Below are positions 1-8,514 of a stretch of 64,000 nt of DNA, piece after piece. The position numbers and the translations under genes are program-made. The DNA comes from Candidatus Zhuqueibacterota bacterium (GTDB lineage Bacteria; Electryoneota; RPQS01): contig JACRMR010000002.1 in assembly GCA_016214895.1 (NCBI GenBank), forward strand, positions 1-64,000, in the 5' to 3' direction. The notes beneath the pieces were generated by a model, which ran no database searches, was not told where the DNA came from, and saw only the letters and a list, made by a program, of their open reading frames with translations. Numbering within the stretch: position 1 is the first letter of the stretch; the number at the start of each line of letters is the position of its first letter.

Positions 1-1
1 C

Positions 2-127
2 ATTATGTCAGCGGTGGAACAGCACAATGACAACCCAACCCCGTTTCGCTGGGCCGCAACCGCCGACGACATCATTACCAAGTTCCGTCACGCCCGCGCC
101 GCCCTCGATAAGTTGCAATCTGAGTGA
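2..127 (+). mobile_element. 3' fragment of a transposase gene (IS630/Tc1-mariner-like C-terminus); the 5' part lies outside the window
   Basis: Frame 2 reads ...NDNPTPFRWAATADDIITKF... and stops at 125-127. This resembles, from memory, the conserved C-terminal 'N-P-(K/T)-P-F-x-W-T-x-x-A-d-x-I-l' segment of IS630-family transposases. No database check was possible. Confidence 0.45.
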
Positions 128-381
128 GACACTACACTAGTTGGACCCAATGCGGTTCCGAAAATCCTGGTAGTGCTGTTAGTTCCTGACGATGAAGTGA
201 AGTGGCTTGACCACTCTGAGGATCGACTAGAATTGCGCCGATGTGCGTATTGGATTAATCTTGAGTCGCTTGGTCCAACAACAAACCAGGCGAGCGTAAC
301 GATTCGTGTTCCTCGCTCGCAACAATTCACGGCATCTACCCTTAAGGGTCTCTTGGTGACAATCGGAAGCACAGGGGAACT

Positions 382-1545
382 ATGAGCCCGATTGGAATTG
401 ACGACAGTCTCCTGTCTGCTGTCTCTGTCGATAGCCTGCAACTCTACCTTGCGAGCAGACATTGGCGTGAGCGCGAGAGCATTGTGGGGAAGGCTTCTCT
501 CTGGACGAGGGACGACGGCGATGAAGAAGTCCTTGTACCGCAAAACAACCAGTTACGTGACTTTGTCCGGCGGATTTCTGATCTGCTGCAAATCCTCGAA
601 TATGATGAAGCTCGGCCTTCGTACCTGATCCTGAAGGACAGCGTCCTTGCCTGGTTTGACTGCTGGAGAATTCGTCGCGATGAGGAGGACACAAAGAACG
701 GGACAATCTCGTTTGAGGATGGAGCGCGACTCATCGCTGGTATGCGCGACTTGCTATCTGAGTCTACTAGGGGTTTTGTTCAGTCGTTGCAGCTGGACCC
801 GGAACCCTCCCGGCCGAAGTTACGGAGCATCCTTCGTCGATTCAGATTGGGTCAGACGGAAATGGGGAGCTTTGTCGCCACTTTGGTGACGAATGTCAAG
901 CAAGACTCGCCATCAGACCCAATATCTGGCCTCCAAGTGCCCGGTACTCCCGTTCAACGCTTGGTTTTGTACCGTCTTAATAAGACCATTTTTGCTGCCG
1001 TTCGTGCTGCGGAGACATCAAGAGTCGAGCAGTTCCGCGACTCGATTTTGGACGGGGTTACGCCTCGTGTCTGCCGCACACTGGCTGCAATCGGGGCGGA
1101 ACACGATTTGTCATCGTCCGTGGAGATTTCGTTTCAGTATTCTATGGGCCACGTGGTCACAACTCCTTTGGAAGCACGCGTTGCTATTTCTCCCGAGGCG
1201 CGAGAAATGTTGTCGGAGGCTGCGGAGTACTTGACTCATTCAGTCTTGCCCGCGACCGATGAGAAGTTTGCCGTTCGAGGACCAGTTGTTGTTCTCCAGC
1301 GTGATCCCAATGCATCGGAGGGAACCGTTTATGTGTTTTCAGACGTGGAAGGTAGAAATCGGAGAATCCGAGTTGAGCTGAAGGCCAGCGCTTACAGGCA
1401 AGCGATTCACGCGCATGAGCAAAATCTTGAGGTATCATGTCGCGGTACGCTTGTACGTGAAGGTCGTGCCTACCGAATAGACGATCCCAAATCGCTCACA
1501 ATTATGGATTCGGGAGACCAGATCGACCTCGAACTGCCCTCTTAG
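382..1545 (+). CDS. hypothetical protein (387 aa), no recognisable domain; a possible D...ExK nuclease-like motif near the C-terminus (SDVEG...VELK)
   Basis: Long ORF with AGGGGA ribosome-binding site 6 nt upstream. It sits in a lower-GC segment than the rest of the window. It is not shadowed by a better ORF. Confidence 0.6.
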   Translation: MSPIGIDDSLLSAVSVDSLQLYLASRHWRERESIVGKASLWTRDDGDEEVLVPQNNQLRDFVRRISDLLQILEYDEARPSYLILKDSVLAWFDCWRIRRDEEDTKNGTISFEDGARLIAGMRDLLSESTRGFVQSLQLDPEPSRPKLRSILRRFRLGQTEMGSFVATLVTNVKQDSPSDPISGLQVPGTPVQRLVLYRLNKTIFAAVRAAETSRVEQFRDSILDGVTPRVCRTLAAIGAEHDLSSSVEISFQYSMGHVVTTPLEARVAISPEAREMLSEAAEYLTHSVLPATDEKFAVRGPVVVLQRDPNASEGTVYVFSDVEGRNRRIRVELKASAYRQAIHAHEQNLEVSCRGTLVREGRAYRIDDPKSLTIMDSGDQIDLELPS

Positions 1546-1638
1546 CCTGCAGGTTGGTCGCGGCTCTTCCACGCGGCGCACCTGTCGGCATGTGTTCTGC
1601 TCGGCGAAAACTAAGAAGTACTGTCAGGAGAACTTGGC

Positions 1639-2130
1639 GTGAAAGAGAATTTGGCTGTGATCATAGTCGGCAATCCAAACTCGGGTAAGAGTCATACATG
1701 GAATACACTATTCGGAGCAGTCGTAAAGACAGGCTCACAGTTACGTCGACTGTGCTTGACTGTGACAACGAATGTTGAGGTCTTCCTAGTCAGCGGATCG
1801 CCAGAAGAACGCGAGACTTACGTTGGAAAGATTATCGGCGAGAAAGCTCCTCGTATTGTCTTATGCTCAATGCAGTATCGCCAAGACGCAGTTCAGACCA
1901 TCCAGTATTTTGTAGAACACGACTATTTCCTATTTGTTCATTGGCTGAACCCTGGATTTCGAGATGTAATCAGATACGAAGATCGGTTGAATATGGTCTC
2001 GCTTATTCTTGCCGAAGAGTCGTTACTTGGTGTACGTAATGGCTCCACTGATTCGATTTCGCGAGTGCAGGAGATAAAGGACTTCATCTACGGGTGGGCG
2101 TTTAGTAGAGGTCTCGTTCGCACAACTTGA
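1639..2130 (+). CDS. small P-loop NTPase/kinase-like protein (163 aa)
   Basis: GTG start preceded by SD AGGAG (1626-1630). Walker A motif GNPNSGKS in IIVGNPNSGKSHTWNTLFG. It is 93 nt downstream of the 387-aa gene on the same strand, so probably co-transcribed. Confidence 0.65.
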   Translation: MKENLAVIIVGNPNSGKSHTWNTLFGAVVKTGSQLRRLCLTVTTNVEVFLVSGSPEERETYVGKIIGEKAPRIVLCSMQYRQDAVQTIQYFVEHDYFLFVHWLNPGFRDVIRYEDRLNMVSLILAEESLLGVRNGSTDSISRVQEIKDFIYGWAFSRGLVRTT

Positions 2131-2150
2131 CGTTTACCGCCGAGGTAGGT

Positions 2151-2175
2151 CCCCCGACCTGCCCGGAATCGGGGG
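2151..2175 (+). terminator. GC hairpin (CCCCCGA...TCGGGGG) 20 nt after the stop of the P-loop gene; possible terminator, weak U-tract
   Basis: 7-bp perfect inverted repeat read directly. The downstream sequence is T/C-rich rather than pure T. Confidence 0.3.
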
Positions 2176-2180
2176 TATTC

Positions 2181-2450
2181 CTCTTCCTCGCGGCGGCACT
2201 TGTCTCAAAGTGCCCCGCTCGGGCAAATGCGTGAACGTGGATGGGTTTCGCCGAGCGGGTCGGATGATGACATCCAACGCCGCGAAGTCGAATACGAATC
2301 ACGGTCGCGGCGGCACTTGTCTCCAAGTGCCCCGCTCGGGAAAGTGCGTGCACGTGGACGGGTTTCGCCGAGCGGGTCGGATGAAGGCATCCAACGCCGC
2401 GATTCTCCTTCCTCGCGGCGGCACATGTCTTCATGTGCCCCCTTCGGCAA
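2181..2450. repeat. tandem array (2.3 copies; periods 117 and 108 bp) of a structured repetitive element with two conserved hairpins
   Basis: Units begin at 2189, 2306 and 2414 with cgcggcggcac. Hairpin A: GGCACTTG-tctc-CAAGTGCC (2195-2214, 2312-2331, 2420-2439). Hairpin B: CCCGCTCGG-(~27 nt)-CCGAGCGGG (2214-2259, 2331-2376). Copy 3 carries T>A in the left arm and A>T in the right arm, preserving pairing. Confidence 0.75.
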
Positions 2451-2822
2451 CACCTGTGAGCGCGTATACGCCACGCCGAAGCCCGATGAAAATGCCTCTC
2501 GCATTTCCCTCCCGCGCGATAGCTTGATGTATGCCATCACCGGACAGCCGGGCAGTGCCTCTCGCTCCATTTCTGGTAACTCGTTTACGAATAATAGGTT
2601 ACGACCTTTTCCTTCTTTCCACTTGCTTATTGCCCAAAAATGTTGTATATTAGGCTCCAAATGAATTCTGAAATATTCATTAAGGGCACAATTAGTGATA
2701 TCAATCCTCCATTCAGACGTATTTATGATACTTGTTCGCCGACACTACGTATTCCGCCCTACTCCTTGTTTTTCCATCAGTAAACCAGTTCGTTTGGTCA
2801 TAAAATATTTTCATCGACGAGC

Positions 2823-2851
2823 TTGACTTTCTTCTCCATACTTCATATTTC
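2823..2851 (+). promoter_or_regulatory. possible sigma70-like promoter (TTGACT-17-TATTTC) in the AT-rich junction upstream of the PhzF-family gene
   Basis: -35 TTGACT at 2823-2828, 17-nt spacer, weak -10 at 2846-2851. The surrounding 2560-2870 is ~40% GC. Confidence 0.3.
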
Positions 2852-2873
2852 ATAATTCATACCCTCCCCCGCC

Positions 2874-3686
2874 ATGCAGCTCTTCACCGTCGATGTCTTC
2901 ACCGACAAGCCCTTCTCCGGCAACCCGGCGGGCGTGTGCGCAATGGAGGCCCCGCTCGATCCGGCGCAAATGCAGCGCATCGCGTCGGAGCTGAACCTCG
3001 CCGAAACCGCGTTCCTCTATCCCATTTCGGAATCGCCGCTGTTCACGGAAGGGCAGGGAGGGTGGCATCTGCGCTGGTTCACGCCCGCCGTCGAGATCAA
3101 TCTGTGCGGACATGCCACCATCGCCGCCACGCATATCCTCGAACAAACCGGCCGCATCGCCCCCGACTCCTTGGTCCACTATCAAACCAAATCCGGGGCG
3201 CTCACCGCCCGTCGCGTCGGCGACAAGTTCGAGCTTAACTTCCCCGCGGTCCGTGTCGAATCGCGACCGCTGTCCGCCGAGGCCATGCGCGCCCTCGGAG
3301 TTACTCGCGTCAGCTTCAGCACCGGCGGAAACTGGCAATTGGCGGAACTGGAAACCGAAGACCGCGTGCGGATGCTCAGACCCGACGTCCGCGCCCTGTA
3401 TTCCCTCGGCATCGGCAACCTGATCGTTACCGCCCGGGCCTCGACCGCGCCCTTCGATTTCGTCATGCGCGTCTTCGTCCCCGCCTTCGGCATCGATGAA
3501 GATCCCGCCACCGGCGCCGCCCACTGCGTGCTCGCGCCCTACTGGTCCGCCAAGCTGAAACGATCTCCGCTGCTCGCGTGGCAGCTGTCCAAACGCGGCG
3601 GCTTCGCCGAATGCGAACCGCACGGTGACCGTGTCCTCATTCGCGGCGCCGCCGTCACTATGCTTTCCGCCGAACTGAACGTCTAA
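2874..3686 (+). CDS. PhzF-family phenazine-biosynthesis-like isomerase/epimerase (270 aa)
   Basis: N-terminus MQLFTVDVFTDKPFSGNPAGV..., LNLAETAFLYP, RWFTPAVEINLCGHATIAATHIL. These are classic PhzF/YddE family motifs. Confidence 0.85.
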   Translation: MQLFTVDVFTDKPFSGNPAGVCAMEAPLDPAQMQRIASELNLAETAFLYPISESPLFTEGQGGWHLRWFTPAVEINLCGHATIAATHILEQTGRIAPDSLVHYQTKSGALTARRVGDKFELNFPAVRVESRPLSAEAMRALGVTRVSFSTGGNWQLAELETEDRVRMLRPDVRALYSLGIGNLIVTARASTAPFDFVMRVFVPAFGIDEDPATGAAHCVLAPYWSAKLKRSPLLAWQLSKRGGFAECEPHGDRVLIRGAAVTMLSAELNV

Positions 3687-3715
3687 GCTACGCCTCCTAT
3701 TTAGAAATCGCACCT

Positions 3716-4066
3716 ATGCAAGTCCTCACCACCGACGAGAAAGACGTCATCGTGATTCATCTGCACGGCCGCATCACGGGTGTGCAAGACACGGATGATT
3801 TTCACAACGTGATCGAAACCATCCTCACGAGCGACTTCAAGAACGCCGTGCTGGATATCAAAGGCGTGGACTGGATGAATTCCACCGGCCTCGCGCTGCT
3901 GGTGCGCGCCTATACGCAACTGCACGAAGCCGGATGTCGGATGCACATCGCCGGAGCCTCGCCGGCCGTGCAGACCGTCCTGCACACCACCAAGTTGGAC
4001 AGCGTCTTCGGCCTCTTCCCCAACGTCGCCGAAGCCGCCGCGGATCTGCGCCAAACCGTGGCTTAG
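3716..4066 (+). CDS. STAS-domain anti-sigma-factor antagonist (SpoIIAA-like), 116 aa
   Basis: Size and pattern (IHLHGRITGVQDTDDFHNVI..., GVDWMNSTGLALLVRAY) are typical of STAS/SpoIIAA proteins. The stop is 2 nt before the next start. Confidence 0.8.
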   Translation: MQVLTTDEKDVIVIHLHGRITGVQDTDDFHNVIETILTSDFKNAVLDIKGVDWMNSTGLALLVRAYTQLHEAGCRMHIAGASPAVQTVLHTTKLDSVFGLFPNVAEAAADLRQTVA

Positions 4067-4068
4067 CC

Positions 4069-5094
4069 ATGTGGCGCGCGCGGATCTGCCCGCTGCTCAT
4101 TGTCGCCGCACTGCTGAGCGCCGCGAGTCGCGTGCCGGCCGTCGTCGAAGTGGAACCCAATGACAATAACTGGCAAGCTAACCCGGTGGTCTGTGGCGAC
4201 ACGGTCATCTGTGCCGTCCTCAGCAGCGGCACCCCTGCGGACGTCGATAATTTCCGCTTCACGGTACTTGGCCCCGACTCCGTCCTGTTGACAACCTATT
4301 CCTGCTTTGCCTCCGTCAACACCTTCCTGATTCTCTACGACAGCAACGACTCCATCGTCGCGACCGACAACGACAGCGGCCCCGGCTATTGCAGTGAGAT
4401 CCGCTATCGCACGCCCGGCCCCGCAACCTATGTCGCCCGCGTCATGCGCACCCTGCCGACCGTCGATTCCGTGTACTCCCTGACGATCTCGTGCCTGAAT
4501 CCGCCCCCGCAGGAATACGATCTTTGCACCACCCCGCGGATTATCGAAAGCCTGCCTTATTATAATGAAGGCTCGACCTACGGCGCGACCCATCAGGCCG
4601 GCACGGCGGCGCCCGACGTCTTCTATCGCTTTCACAATTACACCGTCGCCAACTACGATATCACGGTTTGCGCTTCGACGTGGGACGCGCGCGTGGGCCT
4701 GCTCTCCTACTGCCACGGCGGCTGGGGTGACGACGAGTCCGTCGGCTGCGGTCTTGGCGCGGCGCTCACAACCTACGGCCTTCCCATCGGAGATTACCTG
4801 ATCATCGTCGAAGGCGTCGCCGCGAATCAACAGGGAGATTTCTCTCTCGAAGTCGCCGCCGACCTGCCGCCTTGCCCCGCCCCCGATGCCGTCGTGATGT
4901 GGCAAGTCGGAGGGTATCCCTTCCTCGAATGGCCCGATCTGGTTGGACCCCAGTCCTTCGCGGTCTGGAACTCCGCGTCACCGGACGGCCCCTGGGAGCA
5001 TCTCGGACTCTCACCGTTCTCCTACTATCTCGATTCCCTCGGCTACAATCCCAGCCGCCGATTCTACCGCGTCACCTCAATCTGTCCGTGGTGA
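4069..5094 (+). CDS. secreted Cys-rich protein with a pre-peptidase-C-terminal (PPC)-like domain; ends in the unusual C-terminus ...RRFYRVTSICPW
   Basis: Signal peptide MWRARICPLLIVAALLSAASRVPA. EPND motif. The PPC-like block (DVFYRFHNYTVANYDITVCAS...GDYLIIVEGV...GDFSLEV) is paralogous to domains in 40573-43143 and 46882-49551. The internal start at 4069 is chosen over the ORF-track start at 3934, which overlaps the STAS gene. Confidence 0.7.
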   Translation: MWRARICPLLIVAALLSAASRVPAVVEVEPNDNNWQANPVVCGDTVICAVLSSGTPADVDNFRFTVLGPDSVLLTTYSCFASVNTFLILYDSNDSIVATDNDSGPGYCSEIRYRTPGPATYVARVMRTLPTVDSVYSLTISCLNPPPQEYDLCTTPRIIESLPYYNEGSTYGATHQAGTAAPDVFYRFHNYTVANYDITVCASTWDARVGLLSYCHGGWGDDESVGCGLGAALTTYGLPIGDYLIIVEGVAANQQGDFSLEVAADLPPCPAPDAVVMWQVGGYPFLEWPDLVGPQSFAVWNSASPDGPWEHLGLSPFSYYLDSLGYNPSRRFYRVTSICPW

Positions 5095-5388
5095 CGCCCC
5101 GCCGCGGCGCCTCAAGTTTAATCTCGAACTCGCCCGTTATCGCCGCCCCCCCGGCAACACGCCCCACGCGTGTGGCGCCATGTGCCCAATCGGGTAAGGT
5201 CCGTAACCGGGCGAGGCTCAGCGCCGCTCAGCACTTCCAATCGTCTCTTCGGCGCGCCTTTCGTCGAATTACATGACATATTGTATCCGTTCATATATGT
5301 CCAATGCTATACATGAATTCTATTTAGTATAGTATAGGCCTTGATTTCGCCGGGTCCGTTACCTATCTTCAAGTACCAAGTGAGATTC

Positions 5389-5422
5389 TTGACAGCTTGC
5401 GTACACAACCTGAAGATGGAGT
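5389..5422 (+). promoter_or_regulatory. possible promoter (-35 TTGACA at 5389-5394) upstream of 5433
   Basis: Perfect -35 hexamer. The -10 is weak (GAAGAT). Confidence 0.3.
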
Positions 5423-5432
5423 GATATACCCC

Positions 5433-7160
5433 ATGCGAATGATGTATGTTTTGGCTCTTGCCCTTTGTATGAGTTGGACCCTGGCGATCGCGCTGCCGCC
5501 GGCAGTCCAGTGGGAGAAGCAGTACGGACCGGGAGCGGCTGGTGAATTCGGTCAAGCGGTGATCCAGACCGCTGACGGCGGTTATGCCGTCGCCGGTGTG
5601 ACGGACTTCCTCGATCTGTTCGGGGATTTCATGCTGCTCCGACTCGACGCCAACGGCGACACCCTCTGGACTCGCATCTATGTCGATTTGGCCGGTGAAC
5701 AGTCGCCGCGGGCGCTGTTCCAAAAACCGGATAACGGATTTGTGATCGGCGGCCAGCATAACGACTTCATGTCCGGCGACGCCGATTATCGTTTGATCGA
5801 GACCGATGCCGCCGGAAACCTCGTCGGTACGCATACCTACGCGGATCCCAATTACGACCTATGCGCCGACATGATCCCGACCGCTGATGGCGGCGTCATG
5901 TTCGTCGGCACGCGCGATGTGTCCGGTGTCATGCAGGCGAACGTGCAGAAGGTCGATAATGCGTGGAATCTCGAGTGGGATTCCACCTACGCCTTCTTTC
6001 CCACCGGGTCGAATGGTGCCGCCGATATTCGCCAAACCGGTGACGGGGGCTACGCATTGGCGGGAACCTTTCAGAACGTGGATTCGACGAAGATCTTCCT
6101 CGCGAAGATCAACGCACTCGGGTTTACGCAGTGGGCGGTTCTGCTCGATCCCTACGGGATGGAATGGGGATACTGCCTCGAATTGGCTGGAAGCGGGTTC
6201 GTCGTCGGCGGCATGGCCGACACCGGCGGCCCGGACCTCTATGACGCGTGTCTGATCGCGACCGATGGCGCCGGAACCCTGCTCTGGAGTGGTACTTACG
6301 GTGGAGCCGACGTTGATTGGGCCCGCGATCTCAGTGCCACGCCTGACGGCGGGTTGGTAGCGACCGGTTACAATGTCGAGGGCTTCGACGATTATACCTA
6401 CATCTTCAAGACGGATGGCAGCGGTATTGAATACTGGTCCGTACTCCTCGGTGCCGCATCGTCCGATGAGGGCCGATCCGTTCGTCCGACCGCTGACGGA
6501 GGCTACGTGGCGACCGGACTCCGTGCGCGTCCCGATGCCGAGGACCAGAACATCTACGTCGTGAAACTCATCGCTGACGTGCCGCTGCCGGTGGAACTGC
6601 TCGCCTTCGATGCTCGGATCGTCGGTGATGGCATCGAGCTCTCCTTCACCACGGCGGCTGAGACCAACACGGCCTATTTCGAGATTCTGCGATCCGCCGG
6701 CGCTGACTTCGCCGCGATCGCCAGACTCGAAGGCGCTGGGAATTCGACCACGGAGCGGCACTACTCTTTCGCCGATCAGCGCGTGAATCCGGGGACGACC
6801 TATCGCTATTTCCTCGCCGACATCGATGCCGACGGAAACCGCACTGAGCATCGCGATCGTATGCAGACCGTGACCTTCGGCGGAACCGCCGAGCTCCCCG
6901 CGGATTTCGCGCTGTCGGCATTTCCCAATCCGTTCAATCCCGGAACCACTGTCGAATTCGCCCTCCCGGAAGCGTTGCGAGCCACCGTGAAGGTGTTCGA
7001 TCCGGCGGGCAGACTCGTCCGCACACTGGCCGACAACGTGTTCCCCGCCGGCAGCCACCGCGTTGCTTTCGCGGCGGCCGGTCTGCCCAGCGGAATCTAT
7101 CTCGTCCGAGTCGAAGCCGGGGAATATTCCAAGATCGCGAAGCTCGTCCTGCTCAAGTAA
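5433..7160 (+). CDS. secreted repeat (beta-propeller-like, TADGGY repeats) protein with T9SS C-terminal sorting domain
   Basis: Signal peptide MRMMYVLALALCMSWTLAIA. Repeated TADGGY/TPDGG motifs. C-terminal ~80 aa (FPNPFNPGTTVEFALP...VKVFDPAGRLV...SGIYLVRVEAGEYSKIAKLVLLK) matches the T9SS type-A CTD pattern shared by five other proteins here. The ATG at 5433 is preferred to the TTG at 5397. Confidence 0.8.
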   Translation: MRMMYVLALALCMSWTLAIALPPAVQWEKQYGPGAAGEFGQAVIQTADGGYAVAGVTDFLDLFGDFMLLRLDANGDTLWTRIYVDLAGEQSPRALFQKPDNGFVIGGQHNDFMSGDADYRLIETDAAGNLVGTHTYADPNYDLCADMIPTADGGVMFVGTRDVSGVMQANVQKVDNAWNLEWDSTYAFFPTGSNGAADIRQTGDGGYALAGTFQNVDSTKIFLAKINALGFTQWAVLLDPYGMEWGYCLELAGSGFVVGGMADTGGPDLYDACLIATDGAGTLLWSGTYGGADVDWARDLSATPDGGLVATGYNVEGFDDYTYIFKTDGSGIEYWSVLLGAASSDEGRSVRPTADGGYVATGLRARPDAEDQNIYVVKLIADVPLPVELLAFDARIVGDGIELSFTTAAETNTAYFEILRSAGADFAAIARLEGAGNSTTERHYSFADQRVNPGTTYRYFLADIDADGNRTEHRDRMQTVTFGGTAELPADFALSAFPNPFNPGTTVEFALPEALRATVKVFDPAGRLVRTLADNVFPAGSHRVAFAAAGLPSGIYLVRVEAGEYSKIAKLVLLK

Positions 7161-7201
7161 TCCGGTGTGAGCGCACCGCTCACGCGCCGCATTGAATGCA
7201 G

Positions 7202-7237
7202 AAGCGGTGGCCGTTCGGGCCACCGCTTGCGTTTTCT
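7202..7237 (+). terminator. rho-independent terminator (AAGCGGTGGCC-gttcg-GGCCACCGCTT + GCGTTTTCT)
   Basis: 11-bp perfect stem followed by a T-run, 40 nt after the stop at 7160. A second hairpin lies at 7166-7182. Confidence 0.65.
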
Positions 7238-7254
7238 ATGCTGCGGTCCAAGCG

Positions 7255-8514
7255 CTATTGCGGCCAGCGCTCCGCAACCCGCACCAGCGGCGTTAATAAA
7301 CGACGGACGATCGCGCGGGCACCGGACGAACGCGCGAGCCGCACCGCCGCCGCCGGCGCCAGCCGATAGTAAAGCCGAATGAACAGCCGGCCCGCGACCG
7401 AACGCTCCAAAACCTGATCGCGGAACCGACGCAGCGCCGCCACTTCCGCCGCCCAGTCCGAACCGTAGGCCGCCGTCGCAATGAAACAACCCGTGCGCAG
7501 CTCGAGCTTTGCCGGACCGCTCCAGTCGCTCAGCGTCTTGCTCAGTTGAATCATCCGCCGCGTCGAGCTGTCCGTGGCGTCAACATCCTCTTTCACCGTC
7601 CAGATCTTGACCACGTCGTCAAGGTCATCGTCAACGAATCGTTCGAGTTGTAATTGGGCTTTCTCCGGCAGCACCGGCTTGTAGCCGCCGATATATTCAG
7701 ATTGACTCGAACTGCCGTCAAGAAAAATGAAATAGCGCACGCCGCCCACGCTCGCCACTGCCGTCCAAAACGGCCAGTACACGCGCTTCACGTTCAGCTG
7801 CTGGAAGTACAGATCCTTGATCTTCGCGCGCGACTCCAGCCAGTTCTTCAGTTGCAACTCCGCCGCCTGCGCCGTGATCGTCAAGGGATACTGCGGCGTG
7901 TCGCCCGCCGATTCTCCGCTGAACGGCACAAGGCACGAGGTCGTGGCGTGCCGCAGCACGTTGCGACAGAAATCGATGTGAACGCTCCCGCGTCGCTCAT
8001 CGAACAGCTCATTCATGATGCGGTCGCTGAGTTCTTCCAGCGACACGTCCGTGGTCGGCGGAGTAAAGAAGCGCACGGCGCGACCGGTCTGTCGCATTTC
8101 GTTCAGCTTCCCGGTCGCCGGAATGAACTCGTTGAAGCCGCCGCTGATCGTGCCATTCGCCCGCCAGCCCGAGTAAACACCGGTCATCAGATAGAACGGC
8201 CAGTACGCCGCCTGTACGCTAACCAGCCGCGAACTCTGCGAGAAGGCCGGCGGGACGTCCTCGTGCGGCGCGCGAATCCAATGGTCGATCAGCCGCCGCG
8301 CCGGGCCTTCCGCCAGCCGCAACGGAGCGATGGAATCGGGAGCGACGCCGGATTCCCGGGCTTCGGCCAGCAGCGCCCGTCCGCAATACTCGCAGACGGG
8401 ACTGGCGGAGCCGAAGTCGAGCTCCGACTGGCCGCCGCAGCCCGGACACTTGACCGTCTTGACTTCGCTCTGTGTGCGCATGGAGTTCACGGGGCGGATC
8501 TCAAATCGTGTCAA
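7255..8514 (-). CDS. zinc-ribbon protein with C-terminal CFIATAAYGS...LRRFRD motif (CFI-box-like), 419 aa
   Basis: N-terminal CxxC...CxxC (KCPGCGG...CEYCGR). C-terminal CFIATAAYGSDWAAEVAALRRFRD. Overlaps the upstream SPFH gene by 14 nt on the same strand, so operonic. Confidence 0.65.
   Translation of the reverse strand: MTRFEIRPVNSMRTQSEVKTVKCPGCGGQSELDFGSASPVCEYCGRALLAEARESGVAPDSIAPLRLAEGPARRLIDHWIRAPHEDVPPAFSQSSRLVSVQAAYWPFYLMTGVYSGWRANGTISGGFNEFIPATGKLNEMRQTGRAVRFFTPPTTDVSLEELSDRIMNELFDERRGSVHIDFCRNVLRHATTSCLVPFSGESAGDTPQYPLTITAQAAELQLKNWLESRAKIKDLYFQQLNVKRVYWPFWTAVASVGGVRYFIFLDGSSSQSEYIGGYKPVLPEKAQLQLERFVDDDLDDVVKIWTVKEDVDATDSSTRRMIQLSKTLSDWSGPAKLELRTGCFIATAAYGSDWAAEVAALRRFRDQVLERSVAGRLFIRLYYRLAPAAAVRLARSSGARAIVRRLLTPLVRVAERWPQ

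Noticed and set aside
2200-2664. ORFs spanning the tandem repeats (2200-2664 +, 2210-2527 +, 2205-2660 -)
   Set aside because: They exist in three overlapping frames only because the DNA is repeated. The compensatory changes follow hairpin pairing, not codon positions, and the peptides are repetitive Arg/Ser/Gly-rich.
5859-7223. Long antisense ORFs (e.g. 5859-7223, 13570-14667, 16634-18730, 19810-21252, 21753-22865, 23729-24877, 7654-8763, 42433-43134, 51236-52327, 54175-55550, 55644-56570, 61198-62229)
   Set aside because: Each lies entirely opposite a well-supported gene with recognisable domains. Their translations are Arg/Gly/Ala/Pro-rich low-complexity, typical of shadow frames in ~65% GC DNA. 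No motifs.
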